Assembly (NCBI GenBank): GCA_050251875.1
Contig: JBFWMA010000001.1
Coordinates: forward strand, 218,456 to 282,455
Origin: Deferribacterales bacterium
Lineage (GTDB): Bacteria; Chrysiogenota; Deferribacteres; Deferribacterales; Geovibrionaceae
Direction: 5' to 3'
DNA length: 64,000 nt
The translations under genes and the position numbers were made by a program. The notes beneath the pieces are model-generated. The model saw only the letters and a list, made by a program, of their open reading frames with translations. It had not been told where the DNA came from and did not search any database. The stretch's first letter is position 1. Every line of letters begins with the position of its first letter. Shown one piece after another: positions 51,694-61,727 of the stretch.

Positions 51694-52275
51694 ATGAGCG
51701 GAATATGGGCTGTAAAAAATGAGGAAGAGAACGGGCAGGTGAAGTTTCAGAAACTTTCAACTGTCTCTCAGCAAATAGATTTTACTCATATGATATTGAG
51801 TGCGTCGAACGCTGATATTTCCGGCTCCGGTACGCCGCTGGCGGAAAAGATTGCCGATATGGCTCCCACCAGAGAGAACGTGGCGGAAATTTCCTCCTAC
51901 ATGCGTCAGTGTGTGGAAAAGGCGTTCAGGGAAGCCGGGCTGTCATATGGTCCGGATGTGAAGTTTTCCGTGGATCCGGGCGGCGGTCTGAGCATCACCG
52001 GCGACAGGAGCGATATTGAGCAGGTTCGGGCGCTGTTTGAGTCCGACGAGAGTCTTTCTGATGATATGAAGACATTTCTGGAATTCGCGGATAAGATGCC
52101 GCAATATGAAAGGATGCTGGAATATCAGATAAAGCTCGCCAACTGCGAGACGGAGGCGGAAGAGGATCTGCTGTATGAAGAGTATGAAGATCTCTTCGAC
52201 GGCGAGGACCACTATGAGACGTCCGCCGTGTTCGGAAGCACCGGAATCAGTATGGAATACGAATACATAGAATAA
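51694..52275 (+). CDS. Hypothetical acidic protein
   Basis: 193-aa ORF with GAGGTG RBS and a downstream terminator; no recognised motif. Confidence 0.75.
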   Translation: MSGIWAVKNEEENGQVKFQKLSTVSQQIDFTHMILSASNADISGSGTPLAEKIADMAPTRENVAEISSYMRQCVEKAFREAGLSYGPDVKFSVDPGGGLSITGDRSDIEQVRALFESDESLSDDMKTFLEFADKMPQYERMLEYQIKLANCETEAEEDLLYEEYEDLFDGEDHYETSAVFGSTGISMEYEYIE

Positions 52276-52300
52276 AAAAAGGGGGCTTAAGCCCCCTTTA
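52274..52300. terminator. Bidirectional intrinsic terminator
   Basis: aaagggggc-ttaa-gcccccttt between convergent genes. Confidence 0.85.
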
Positions 52301-52304
52301 TTGT

Positions 52305-52811
52305 TTATTTCTTCAGAAAAGCGATGAGCTTGTCATAGTCGGGGGCGTTTGTAGCCTCGGGAACATATTCCACATATGTCACAGTGTCGTTCTTATCCAC
52401 TACGAAGACGGCTCTGGCGAGCAGTCTCAGCTCCTTGATCAGAACACCGAAAGCTGTGCCGAATGAAGCGTCTCTGTGGTCGCTCAGCGCCACTGCCTTG
52501 TCTATCTCTGCCACAGTGCAGAAGCGTTTGATAGCGAAAGGAAGATCCATGCTGATGTTCAGCATTACCACATCATCGCCCATAGAGGCTACTTCTGTGT
52601 TGAGTCTTCTGAGCTGAAAATCGCAGACGGGAGTATCCAGAGAGGGCGTAACGCTGATAACCTTGGTTTTTCCGGCGTAGTCCGCCAGTGTGACGGGCGC
52701 CAGCGCCTGTGAAACAACGGTGAAGGCGGGTGCTTTGTCGCCTGTTTTTATCTCTGCCCCTACCAGTGTCATGGGGTTTCCTTTCATTGTAACAGCGCCT
52801 TTTCTTTCCAT
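52305..52811 (-). CDS. tpx: Thiol peroxidase (atypical 2-Cys peroxiredoxin)
   Basis: PSLDTPVC, SMDLPFA..RFC, LARAVFV; AGGAG before ATG at 52811. Confidence 0.96.
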   Translation of the reverse strand: MERKGAVTMKGNPMTLVGAEIKTGDKAPAFTVVSQALAPVTLADYAGKTKVISVTPSLDTPVCDFQLRRLNTEVASMGDDVVMLNISMDLPFAIKRFCTVAEIDKAVALSDHRDASFGTAFGVLIKELRLLARAVFVVDKNDTVTYVEYVPEATNAPDYDKLIAFLKK

Positions 52812-53011
52812 ATGGTTTTCTCCTTGTATTTGTGATAAATTAATTATACACGATTTTAATAAAAAGACTAAATAAAGGTGTTTTTTGTTCAGAACATTTT
52901 TCAACAAGCCGATTGTCTAATAAATCCTGCCGCATGGGATCACAGTATGACTGCGTCCATACGGCGACAGGATATTTCAGCAGTCTCCTTAAATAGTTAT
53001 GGGAGAATGAA

Positions 53012-53974
53012 ATGAAAAAACATTACAGAATAGTATACGCCAACAGAGAAAAATATACTCTGGAGGACGGCAGATCAGCCGTGTTAGCCGGCAGAGTGCG
53101 CTACAGCACACATTCGTATCCAGTTACAGGCGACATAGTAGAGGTCTCCGGCGAAGGGGACAATGCCGTCATAGAGAATATCCAGAACAGGTCTTCTGAG
53201 CTCCGGCGAAAGAATCCGTCCGGAGAGGGCATGCAGACCATGGCGGCGAACGTCACCCATGTTCTGATAGTGATGGCTATGGACGCCAACTTCAGCCTGC
53301 GCAGGCTGGAGAGGTTCATGGTGCTCGCCAGATCGGCGGACGTGATACCCGTTGTGGCTCTTACCAAGGCGGATATTGTTGATCCGGTGCGGGCGGCTGT
53401 GCTGGAGAGAGAAGCGGCGGAGATAACCAACGGAGCTGTTTTCGTTACCAGCACTGTGACATGGGAAGGCATAGAGGAGCTGAAGTCATATTTCGGGCAC
53501 AGCGATATTATATGTCTGGCAGGATTGTCCGGCGCCGGTAAATCATCTCTGCTGAACGCCATGTACGGCGATGAGGTCATGAAGACCGCGCAGGTGAGAG
53601 AATCAGATGAAAAAGGCGTGCACACCACCACCGTCAGATATATGGTGCAGACTCCTTCCGGATGCTGGATCATGGATATGCCTGGGATAAAAGAGGTGGG
53701 TATAGGCGCTGACGCTGACGCTGTTTCCGAGGTTTTCGATGACATAGAAGAGCTGTCGATCGGATGCAAATTCGCCGACTGTACCCATCAGGAAGAACCG
53801 GGATGCGCTGTGAAGCAGGCTGTGGAAGAGGGCATCATCACCGCTGAAAGGCTGAAAAGCTATCTGAAGCTGATGGACGAGGCGGACGCTGAGCAGATCA
53901 AGCTGTGGCGCAGACAGAAAGACAAGCGCATAAGCAAGCTGGCGAAAGAAGCCGCAAAACACAAAAAAAGATAA
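53012..53974 (+). CDS. rsgA: Ribosome small subunit-dependent GTPase A
   Basis: Circularly permuted GTPase TKAD, GLSGAGKSS, HTTT, DMPG; Zn motif CKFADCTH..EPGC. Confidence 0.95.
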   Translation: MKKHYRIVYANREKYTLEDGRSAVLAGRVRYSTHSYPVTGDIVEVSGEGDNAVIENIQNRSSELRRKNPSGEGMQTMAANVTHVLIVMAMDANFSLRRLERFMVLARSADVIPVVALTKADIVDPVRAAVLEREAAEITNGAVFVTSTVTWEGIEELKSYFGHSDIICLAGLSGAGKSSLLNAMYGDEVMKTAQVRESDEKGVHTTTVRYMVQTPSGCWIMDMPGIKEVGIGADADAVSEVFDDIEELSIGCKFADCTHQEEPGCAVKQAVEEGIITAERLKSYLKLMDEADAEQIKLWRRQKDKRISKLAKEAAKHKKR

Positions 53975-53982
53975 ATCTGACC

Positions 53983-54015
53983 GGGCGTGCGTGTATCAGC
54001 GCATGCCCTTTTTTT
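53983..54015 (+). terminator. Intrinsic terminator after rsgA
   Basis: gggcgtgcg...cgcatgccc stem followed by T7. Confidence 0.8.
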
Positions 54016-54053
54016 ATAACGCGATATATGTTATTGTGATTTCGGAGGATGTT

Positions 54054-54470
54054 ATGCCAAAAGTTACACGGGTTACTGTTTCTATAGATGAGCCCCTTCT
54101 GGAGCAGTTCGAACAATATCTGAATGCCAACGGCTATCCGTCCCGTTCGGAAGGGATAAAGAGCATCATGCGAAAGGCTCTGGTGGAAGACCAGTGGGCA
54201 ACAGACGCAGAGGTCGCCGCCGCCGTGACGATAGTGTATGACCACCATAAGCCGGGAGTGATGCAGAGGCTGACTGAGGTTCAGCATGATTTCGGGGATA
54301 TGGTCATCTGCACCCAGCATGTGCATCTGGATCACCATAACTGCATGGAGGTGCTGATACTGAAAGGAAAATCAGCACAGATAAAATCTCTTTTCAATTC
54401 TCTGAAAGCGATAAAGGGACTGAAGCACAGTTCGCTCAGCGCATCCACCACAGGCGGGGATATACACTGA
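54054..54470 (+). CDS. nikR: Nickel-responsive transcriptional regulator
   Basis: Ribbon-helix-helix RVTVSI...SRSE, YDHH, QH, HVHLDHHNCMEV; GGAGG before ATG at 54054. Confidence 0.96.
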   Translation: MPKVTRVTVSIDEPLLEQFEQYLNANGYPSRSEGIKSIMRKALVEDQWATDAEVAAAVTIVYDHHKPGVMQRLTEVQHDFGDMVICTQHVHLDHHNCMEVLILKGKSAQIKSLFNSLKAIKGLKHSSLSASTTGGDIH

Positions 54471-54471
54471 T

Positions 54472-55257
54472 CTATCTGTGACCGCCACCGCCTCCGTTTC
54501 CTCCTCCGCCACCGCTTCCGCCGCTGCCGCCGGATGATGATCCGCCGGAACCGGAGCCTGACCCACCTGAGCCCATGGATGAGGCTGCTCTGCCCTTCTC
54601 GATGTTTCTTCCCATGTTTTCAGCGAAGGATCCTGCGTTGCCGTATCCGGCATTCTGCATAAAGCTTTCTCTGTATTCGTTTATCTGTTTTACATTCAGC
54701 TTCTTCATGGCTTTCACCGCTACCTCGGATGATGTTGCGTCCGGTACGCCGTATCTCGCCATCTCTCTGTACATGGCTGTCACAGCCAGAGCGTATCCGT
54801 CTCTGTCTTCCTTTGTTCCTGCTATATCAGCCGCCAGTCTGTCCAGATTCTTCTGTCCGGCTCCCGCCGCCATGGCGTCAGTCACAGTGTCGGAGAATGT
54901 TCCGGAGGCTTTTGCGGAGATTTTCGCTTTTACCGCCAACTGTCTTGCGAAGGCGTATCTTTCGGATATGGTCTTCGCCGCCATGACCACTCTGTTCTCC
55001 GGAACATTTTTGGCGATCCCTTCCATCACTTTTTCGGCTATGCGTGTCGCTTCAGCGTCTTTTGACGCCTGTATCATGCTTCTGATCTGCGCCATATTCT
55101 GAGTGGAATATCCGGCTGATCTGGTTTTTTGCGCCAGAGCCGCCGCCAGATTTTTTTCCACGCCTGCCGATTCAGCCGAGGTCTGAACATCGGCGTATTC
55201 ATCTGCGAAGGCATGTATGCTGAATATTAAAAGTATTGTCAAAATGAGAGTTTTCAC
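54472..55257 (-). CDS. Exported hypothetical protein with helical body and Gly/Ser-rich tail
   Basis: GTG at 55257 after GAGGA; signal peptide ending AFA; C-terminal GSGGSG...GGGGHR. Confidence 0.8.
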   Translation of the reverse strand: MKTLILTILLIFSIHAFADEYADVQTSAESAGVEKNLAAALAQKTRSAGYSTQNMAQIRSMIQASKDAEATRIAEKVMEGIAKNVPENRVVMAAKTISERYAFARQLAVKAKISAKASGTFSDTVTDAMAAGAGQKNLDRLAADIAGTKEDRDGYALAVTAMYREMARYGVPDATSSEVAVKAMKKLNVKQINEYRESFMQNAGYGNAGSFAENMGRNIEKGRAASSMGSGGSGSGSGGSSSGGSGGSGGGGGNGGGGGHR

Positions 55258-55258
55258 T

Positions 55259-55573
55259 TTATTCCTCCTCATATACACAGAGTTTTCCGCCGAATCCGTC
55301 ACTCTCTTTCATCGGACATTCCGGCAGATAGATTTCTCCGTCCTTTTTCAGAAAATATCTGTAACTTTTTGCGTGGGGCATCATAAATCGCCATCTGCCG
55401 CCGTCTCTGACGCCTTTTATTTCGGCGTATCCGTTCACGGATGAGAACAGACTCAGCTGTCCGGCGTCTTTCACTGCGAAAGACGCTATGTCGGAATCAC
55501 CGCTTCTGTTTATGCTGACTGACGCGCAGGCAGAGAGAACCAGCGTGACTGTCAGTATCAAAAAAAACCTCAA
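55259..55573 (-). CDS. Lipoprotein with a divergent CBM48/AMPK-beta-like domain
   Basis: Lipobox LSAC; DAGQ.S, DGG.W, Y.Y...DG and DGFGG shared with 55570-56127. Confidence 0.75.
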   Translation of the reverse strand: MRFFLILTVTLVLSACASVSINRSGDSDIASFAVKDAGQLSLFSSVNGYAEIKGVRDGGRWRFMMPHAKSYRYFLKKDGEIYLPECPMKESDGFGGKLCVYEEE

Positions 55574-56127
55574 ATTTTATCCCCTACGGTTATCACAGAG
55601 TTTTCACCGCCGAAACCGTCATCCTGTCTGGCGGGTGTTGTCGGATCCGGCATCTGGCGTACTCCGTCTATTATATAAGAATAGGCGTATTCACCGTTTT
55701 TCAGAGGCAGGAGCACCTGCCAGTATCCGCCGTCCGTCTTCTGCATCCGCACCGGCTGCCATCCGTTGAATGATCCGGCTACTGAGACCTGTCCGGCATC
55801 AGGAACATATATTACGAATCTCTGCATATGCTCGCTGACAGACGTTTCCGGGGTCATGAGAAAAACTTTCACCATCACCATCAGAGATACCGCCAGAGCG
55901 GCGAACGAAACGTATGAGGCGATGCTGAAAGGCTCTTTTTGGCGGATGACAGGCACAGGGGGCGCTTCTTCCGCAAGATTATACAGTGTCTGTTCCGTCT
56001 GAAGCATATCGAGTGTATCTGCGCAGAAATCATCGTCAGAGTTGATCTCTTTCACGAACTGCTTCTTTTCGTCAATATTCATCTCGTCATCTATAAAAAG
56101 GCTGATGAGAATATCTTTTTCATTCAT
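55570..56127 (-). CDS. Putative anti-sigma factor with one TM helix and a C-terminal CBM48-like (glycogen-binding) domain
   Basis: N-terminal LISLFIDDEM (anti-sigma-domain-like), one TM helix, VSVAGSFNGW...GEYAYSYIIDG...DP...DDGFGGENS. Confidence 0.85.
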   Translation of the reverse strand: MNEKDILISLFIDDEMNIDEKKQFVKEINSDDDFCADTLDMLQTEQTLYNLAEEAPPVPVIRQKEPFSIASYVSFAALAVSLMVMVKVFLMTPETSVSEHMQRFVIYVPDAGQVSVAGSFNGWQPVRMQKTDGGYWQVLLPLKNGEYAYSYIIDGVRQMPDPTTPARQDDGFGGENSVITVGDKI

Positions 56128-56599
56128 CTTCCGCCTCCGTCATCTTTTTAAGTTTGATTCTGGCTCTATGTACTTTGATCTTCACATTCGCCTCGGACAT
56201 GTGGAGTATCTCCGCTATCTGTTTGTAGCTCAGTCCGTCCTGTCCCGCCATAGATAAAATGTCTCTGTCCTCTTTTGGCAGTCTGGCGAACATCCCCAGC
56301 AGTCTGTTTTCTGCCGCCTTTTCTATGACCAGGCTCTCCGGGCTCTCTTCGGTGGCGGGTTCTGCGTCGCTGTCTTTTTCATGCCGTCTCTTCCTGACCA
56401 TATCCAGAAAGAGGCTTCTGGCGACAGTATAGAGCAGGGCGGGATTTTGCTGATCAGGATAATGTCCGGCGTATTTAATGAAAGTATCCTGAAAGATATC
56501 CTCCGCGTCCTCCCGGTTTCCGGTCATTTTCAGAAGATATCCGAAGAGTTTCATTCTGTTGGTCTCAAAAAAATCCTGCAATGCTCTGTTTTGTCTCAT
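56120..56599 (-). CDS. ECF RNA polymerase sigma factor
   Basis: DAEDIFQDTF (region 2); LSYKQIAEIL.MSEANVKIKVHRAR (region 4). Confidence 0.96.
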   Translation of the reverse strand: MRQNRALQDFFETNRMKLFGYLLKMTGNREDAEDIFQDTFIKYAGHYPDQQNPALLYTVARSLFLDMVRKRRHEKDSDAEPATEESPESLVIEKAAENRLLGMFARLPKEDRDILSMAGQDGLSYKQIAEILHMSEANVKIKVHRARIKLKKMTEAEDE

Positions 56600-56609
56600 G
56601 CTTAATTAT

Positions 56610-56633
56610 AGGCGGAGCTTTTAAACTCCGCCT
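56610..56633. other. Intercistronic stem-loop
   Basis: aggcggag-N8-ctccgcct between the Gly-rich gene and the sigma gene; no U tract on the coding strand. Confidence 0.6.
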
Positions 56634-56641
56634 CACTTTTT

Positions 56642-56998
56642 TTATTCGGCAGGTGTTGTTGTTTCGCCTGTCTCTGTTGTGCCTGTGGTCTCTGTTGTTT
56701 CTGCTGTTTGTTCAGTCTGCTCCTGAGTCTGTGTTTCATATCTGTTTCTATGCTGATTCTGATACTGGTATTCGTATCTGTTCTGTGACTGTGTTCCGAA
56801 GTCTATGCCGCCGTAGCTGCCTGTGCTGCCAGGGTCTGAGCCGCCTCTTCCGCCTCCGGAAGCTGAGGATGATGATCCTCCTCCGGCACCGCCACCGCCG
56901 CCGCCACCGCCGCCACCGCCGTTGCCGCCTCTGGCGTATGCTGTGGAAACTGCCAACGCTGTGAGCAGAGCGATCATAAGAATGATTAACTTTTTCAT
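56642..56998 (-). CDS. Small exported low-complexity protein (poly-Gly, Gln/Asn/Tyr and Thr/Glu segments)
   Basis: Strong RBS AAGGAGG, signal peptide ending AYA. Confidence 0.82.
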   Translation of the reverse strand: MKKLIILMIALLTALAVSTAYARGGNGGGGGGGGGGGAGGGSSSSASGGGRGGSDPGSTGSYGGIDFGTQSQNRYEYQYQNQHRNRYETQTQEQTEQTAETTETTGTTETGETTTPAE

Positions 56999-57034
56999 AA
57001 TGTCCTCCTTTTTTGTAATTTCGGTTGTGCTCTT

Positions 57035-57062
57035 ATAACGGCGGGTCTAAAGTTAGGTTACA
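57035..57062 (-). promoter_or_regulatory. Putative ECF-type promoter
   Basis: TGTAAC-N16-CGTTAT on the minus strand, matching the general AAC...CGT ECF pattern. Confidence 0.6.
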
Positions 57063-57128
57063 AAAAAATTCAATTTATTTAATGCTGTGTAAATTTCGGC
57101 GGAACAAACTTACAGAGGTTGTAAAAAA

Positions 57129-58904
57129 ATGTCATTTGACGCATGGTTAACCATTATTGTGATCGGTTTGATGCTGATCGGGCTTATCAAGGATTATTAT
57201 CCTGCTGATGTCCTTACTTTCTCCGCTCTCTGTGTTCTTACCGTTTGCGGGGTAATAAAACCGGAAGACGCTCTGAAAGGTTTTTCTAACAAAGGTATGT
57301 TCACTGTCGCTCTGCTCTTTCCCATAGCTTACGCCGCCCAGTCGTCCGGTGTTCTGAACCATGCGGCGGGGGCGCTGATAGGCAGGGCAAAAGCCGGAAA
57401 AACGGCCATGGTGCGCATGATGCTCCCGGTATTCGGACTTTCCACTTTTCTGAACAACACGCCCGTGGTGGCTATGTTCATCCCCACTGTGCGTGACTGG
57501 GCTGTTTCAGCCAAAATATCTCCGTCGAAATTCCTGATCCCCGTATCATACGCCTCTATTCTGGGCGGTATCTGTACTCTGATAGGCACATCCACAAATC
57601 TGGTGGCGAACGGCATGCTGATGTCCGCCAAGGGGATATCGCTCAAAATGTTCGATTTCGCCTACATAGGCATCCCCTGCGCCATAGCGGGTTTTTTATA
57701 TCTGACATTCATCGGCAGACGTTTTCTGCCTGACAATACAGATATGCTGGCGGATATGGAGACAGACGAGTCTGAGTTCATCTTCGAGATGAAGGTGACC
57801 GCCGAATCGGACATCATAGGCAAATCTCTGTCAGAGGGCAACCTGCGCAAGCTGAATGATATTTTTGCCGTGGGCATCAACAGGCACGGCTCTATAATAT
57901 CCCCTGTTAAGCCGGACGAGGTGGTTGAGCTTGATGACGTGATATTCTTCTCCGGAAAAAAAGACGCCATGAAGCTGCTCTCCTCCGTTAAGGGACTTAT
58001 TCCACACACCCATCAGGAGGACGATTTCAACAGCCTGATGAACGGCAAAAAGACAAAGCTGGTGGAGGCTGTGGTTTCTGTAGCCTCTTCGGTGATAAAT
58101 AAAAAAATTAAAGACGTCAATTTCAGAGGGCGTTATGACGCTGTTGTCCTCGCCATCAAAAGGGACGGACGAAAGCTTGACACAGGTCTGGGCGGAACCG
58201 TGCTGAAATCAGGGGATACCATTCTCCTGCTGGCGGGAGCGGATTTTTCCAAGCGTGTTGACTCTTCAGACTTCTATCTGCTGAGTAAAACCGAGAATAT
58301 AGTTCCCGTGGACAACAGAAAGGTGTGGATAACAGTACTTTCGCTTGTTTCCATGATTGTTCTGTCCGCTGCTGGGATTCTGGATATTTTTTATGGAGCG
58401 ATGATAGTGTTTGCTATCCTTCTGCTCTCCAGAACACTTACCGCGTCTGAAGCCAGAAGATCCATAGAGATAAACGTTCTGATAGTAATCGCCTCGTCTT
58501 TCGGACTGGGGATAGCCATAGAGAAGACAGGGCTTGCCTCCATGATAGCCGGCAGTGTGATAGAATATTCAGCCGGATGGGGGCTGGTGGGCGCTCTGGC
58601 GGCTGTGTCCCTGGCGGTGACTCTCTTGACCGAGTTGATAACCAACAACGCCGCTGTGGCTCTGGTCTTTCCCGTGGCTATGTCTGTGGCGGACAAGGCG
58701 GATGCATCGCCTATCCCGTTCGCTCTGGCGGTGGCTATAGCCGCTTCAGCCAGTTTTGCCACTCCCATAGGATATCAGACCAACCTGATGGTTCAGGGAC
58801 CCGGCGGATATAAGTTTTCCGATTACCTCAAGATAGGTGTGCCTATGAATTTGATATATTTTGTGGTATCAGTATTACTTATACCTGTGTTCTTTAAGTT
58901 TTAG
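57129..58904 (+). CDS. SLC13 family permease with TrkA-C domains, probable sulfate transporter
   Basis: [37 protein letters not shown]; precedes cysD. Confidence 0.9.
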   Translation: MSFDAWLTIIVIGLMLIGLIKDYYPADVLTFSALCVLTVCGVIKPEDALKGFSNKGMFTVALLFPIAYAAQSSGVLNHAAGALIGRAKAGKTAMVRMMLPVFGLSTFLNNTPVVAMFIPTVRDWAVSAKISPSKFLIPVSYASILGGICTLIGTSTNLVANGMLMSAKGISLKMFDFAYIGIPCAIAGFLYLTFIGRRFLPDNTDMLADMETDESEFIFEMKVTAESDIIGKSLSEGNLRKLNDIFAVGINRHGSIISPVKPDEVVELDDVIFFSGKKDAMKLLSSVKGLIPHTHQEDDFNSLMNGKKTKLVEAVVSVASSVINKKIKDVNFRGRYDAVVLAIKRDGRKLDTGLGGTVLKSGDTILLLAGADFSKRVDSSDFYLLSKTENIVPVDNRKVWITVLSLVSMIVLSAAGILDIFYGAMIVFAILLLSRTLTASEARRSIEINVLIVIASSFGLGIAIEKTGLASMIAGSVIEYSAGWGLVGALAAVSLAVTLLTELITNNAAVALVFPVAMSVADKADASPIPFALAVAIAASASFATPIGYQTNLMVQGPGGYKFSDYLKIGVPMNLIYFVVSVLLIPVFFKF

Positions 58905-58915
58905 AGGTTTTTTTG

Positions 58916-59821
58916 ATGAAAGAGAGAATGACCCACCTGAAACAGCTGGAGGCGGAGAGCATACACATTATCCGTGAGGCTGTGGCGGAGGCGGAGAATC
59001 CGGTGATGCTCTATTCCATAGGCAAGGATTCGTCCGTTATGCTCCATCTGGCCATGAAGGCTTTTTATCCAGGCAAACTTCCTTTTCCGCTGATGCATGT
59101 GGATACCACATGGAAATTCAGGGATATGATAAAATTTCGTGACGAGACAGCTAAGAGGCTGGGACTCGATCTTATAGTATATATCAACGAAGACGGTCTG
59201 AGCAGAGGCATCAGCCCCATAACCCACGGCAGCAAGGTGCATACCGACGTGATGAAGACAGAAGGGCTGAAACAGGCGCTGGACAAATACCGCTTCGATG
59301 TGATTTTCGGCGGCGCCAGAAGGGACGAGGAGAAATCCAGAGCGAAAGAGAGAATTTTTTCCTTCAGGGACAAGAACCACAGATGGGACCCGAAAAACCA
59401 GCGTCCTGAACTGTGGAATATATTCAACTGTTCAATAAACAAAGGCGAGAGCATCAGGGTCTTTCCCCTGTCCAACTGGACGGAGCTGGACGTATGGCTC
59501 TATGTCTATCAGGAGAATATCCCTGTTGTTCCCCTCTATTTTTCTGAGAAACGCCCGGTGGTGGAGAGGGACGGCATGCTGATAATGGTGGACGACGATC
59601 GCTTTCCCATACTGGAGGGTGAAGAGGTCAGGGAAGAATATGTCCGCTTCCGCACCCTGGGATGTTATCCCCTGTCCGGCGCTGTGCGCTCCATGGCGAA
59701 GACTCTGCCTGAGATTATTCAGGAGATGCTTCTGGCGAAAGTTTCCGAGCGTCAGGGTAGGCTGATAGATTTCGATCAGTCCGGCTCTATGGAAAAGAAA
59801 AAGATTGAGGGCTATTTCTGA
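58916..59821 (+). CDS. cysD: Sulfate adenylyltransferase subunit 2
   Basis: [40 protein letters not shown]. Confidence 0.98.
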   Translation: MKERMTHLKQLEAESIHIIREAVAEAENPVMLYSIGKDSSVMLHLAMKAFYPGKLPFPLMHVDTTWKFRDMIKFRDETAKRLGLDLIVYINEDGLSRGISPITHGSKVHTDVMKTEGLKQALDKYRFDVIFGGARRDEEKSRAKERIFSFRDKNHRWDPKNQRPELWNIFNCSINKGESIRVFPLSNWTELDVWLYVYQENIPVVPLYFSEKRPVVERDGMLIMVDDDRFPILEGEEVREEYVRFRTLGCYPLSGAVRSMAKTLPEIIQEMLLAKVSERQGRLIDFDQSGSMEKKKIEGYF

Positions 59822-61722
59822 TGTCGCATAAATCTGACCTGATAGAAAAGGACATTCTGGCATATCTGAAAGAGCACGAGCAGAAACAGCTTGTGCGGTT
59901 TATCACCTGCGGCAGTGTGGATGACGGCAAAAGTACGCTCATCGGCAGACTTCTGCATGATTCCAAGCTGATATACGAAGATCAGCTCGCCAGCATCAGA
60001 AAAGACTCAAAATATAAAGGCAGTTCCGCCGATAACTTCGATCTCGCTCTTCTGGTGGACGGGCTTCAGGCGGAGAGGGAGCAGGGCATCACCATAGATG
60101 TCGCCTACAGATATTTTTCCACCAGCAAAAGAAAATTCATCATAGCCGATACCCCGGGGCATATTCAATATACCAGAAACATGGCGACAGGCGCTTCTTC
60201 AGCCGATCTTGCTATCATTCTGATAGATGCCAGATACGGGGTGCTTACCCAGACCAGAAGACACTCATATATCGTCAGTCTGCTGGGCATCAGGCACATA
60301 GTGGTCGCCGTGAACAAGATGGACATAGTGGACTACGAAGAGAGTGTTTTTAATAAAATAGTGAATGACTACAAAGATTTCTGCAACGAGGCGGGGATCG
60401 ATTCCAATAAAGTATATTTCGTGCCCATGTCCGCTCTGAAAGGAAGCAACGTGGTGGAGAAGAGTCCTGAAATGCCATGGTATAAGGGAACGCCCCTTAT
60501 GGACATTCTGGAGACCATAGAGATAGACGATGACGTGAATTATAAGGATTTTCGTCTGCCCGTGCAGTATGTCAACAGACCCGACCTGAACTTCAGAGGG
60601 TTCTGCGGAACCATAGCCTCAGGCTCGGTGAAGGTTGGCGACAGCATAAGTGTTCTGCCGTCCGGTCTGACCAGCAGTGTTAAGAGCATCATAGAAAACT
60701 GCAAAGAGACTGACGAGGCTTCCGCCGGATATGCCGTCACCCTGACCATGAACGATGAGATAGATGTCAGCCGGGGCGACATGATAGTGAAATCGGACAG
60801 CGTGCCGGAGGTCGGCGACTGTTTCGATGCATATGTGGTGTGGATGGCTGAGGAAGAGCTGGAGCTGAACAAGGCATATTACATAAAGAGAGCCGCCACA
60901 AAGGTCACAGGGTTCATTGACCAGATACACTACAAGGTGGACGTGAACACGCTGGAAAAACTGCCGGCGCAGAAGCTGGCTCTAAACGAAATAGCCTACT
61001 GCCGTATCAATCTGTCTTCCAAAATAGCCTATGACACCTATAAGGATCACAGATACACAGGCAGTCTGATATTCATAGACAGGATAACGAACAACACCTG
61101 CGGCGCTGCCATGATCGACAGAAAGAACGTGGCGAGCAACGTTATCTGGCACAAGCACAAGGTGGAGAAAGCGGAGAGATGCCGGATAAAAGGTCACAGA
61201 CCCTGCGTCATCTGGCTGACAGGACTTAGCGGCTCCGGAAAATCCACCATATCAAACGCTCTGGAAGAGAGGCTGAACAGAAGCGGAATACACACATATC
61301 TGCTGGACGGCGACAACGTGCGCCACGGGCTGAACAAAGATCTGGGCTTCAGCGAGGCGGACAGAAACGAGAATATCCGCAGGATAGGAGAGGTCGCGAA
61401 ACTGTTCTCCGATGCCGGGCTGGTGGTTATCACCGCATTTATCTCCCCGTTCCGGGCGGAGAGAGAGATGGTGCGGAGTATCATGGAAGAGGGCGAGTTT
61501 GTAGAAGTATATGTGAATGCTCCTCTGGACGTGTGCGAGAAGCGTGACCCGAAAAACCTTTATAAAAAAGCCAGAAAAGGCGAGATAAAGGATTTCACAG
61601 GTATATCCTCCCCCTATGAAGAACCTCTGAACCCGGAGATAGAGGTCAGCACCCACGAGCTGAGCGTGGATGAGTCGGTGGAGAAGATACTGAAGCATCT
61701 GAACGATAAAAAACTGATATAG
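59821..61722 (+). CDS. cysNC: Sulfate adenylyltransferase subunit 1 / APS kinase fusion
   Basis: [14 protein letters not shown] and ADTPGH; C-terminal [25 protein letters not shown]. Confidence 0.97.
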   Translation: MSHKSDLIEKDILAYLKEHEQKQLVRFITCGSVDDGKSTLIGRLLHDSKLIYEDQLASIRKDSKYKGSSADNFDLALLVDGLQAEREQGITIDVAYRYFSTSKRKFIIADTPGHIQYTRNMATGASSADLAIILIDARYGVLTQTRRHSYIVSLLGIRHIVVAVNKMDIVDYEESVFNKIVNDYKDFCNEAGIDSNKVYFVPMSALKGSNVVEKSPEMPWYKGTPLMDILETIEIDDDVNYKDFRLPVQYVNRPDLNFRGFCGTIASGSVKVGDSISVLPSGLTSSVKSIIENCKETDEASAGYAVTLTMNDEIDVSRGDMIVKSDSVPEVGDCFDAYVVWMAEEELELNKAYYIKRAATKVTGFIDQIHYKVDVNTLEKLPAQKLALNEIAYCRINLSSKIAYDTYKDHRYTGSLIFIDRITNNTCGAAMIDRKNVASNVIWHKHKVEKAERCRIKGHRPCVIWLTGLSGSGKSTISNALEERLNRSGIHTYLLDGDNVRHGLNKDLGFSEADRNENIRRIGEVAKLFSDAGLVVITAFISPFRAEREMVRSIMEEGEFVEVYVNAPLDVCEKRDPKNLYKKARKGEIKDFTGISSPYEEPLNPEIEVSTHELSVDESVEKILKHLNDKKLI

Positions 61723-61727
61723 ACACT

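Noticed and set aside
53991..54020. NikR operator upstream of nikR
   Set aside because: The dyad here is better explained as the rsgA terminator; there is no convincing GTATGA-N16-TCATAC-like site.
56880..56930. CCG/CCA triplet run as a CRISPR array or contingency repeat (also 54480-54570)
   Set aside because: These are in-frame poly-Gly codons with no repeat-spacer structure and no cas genes.
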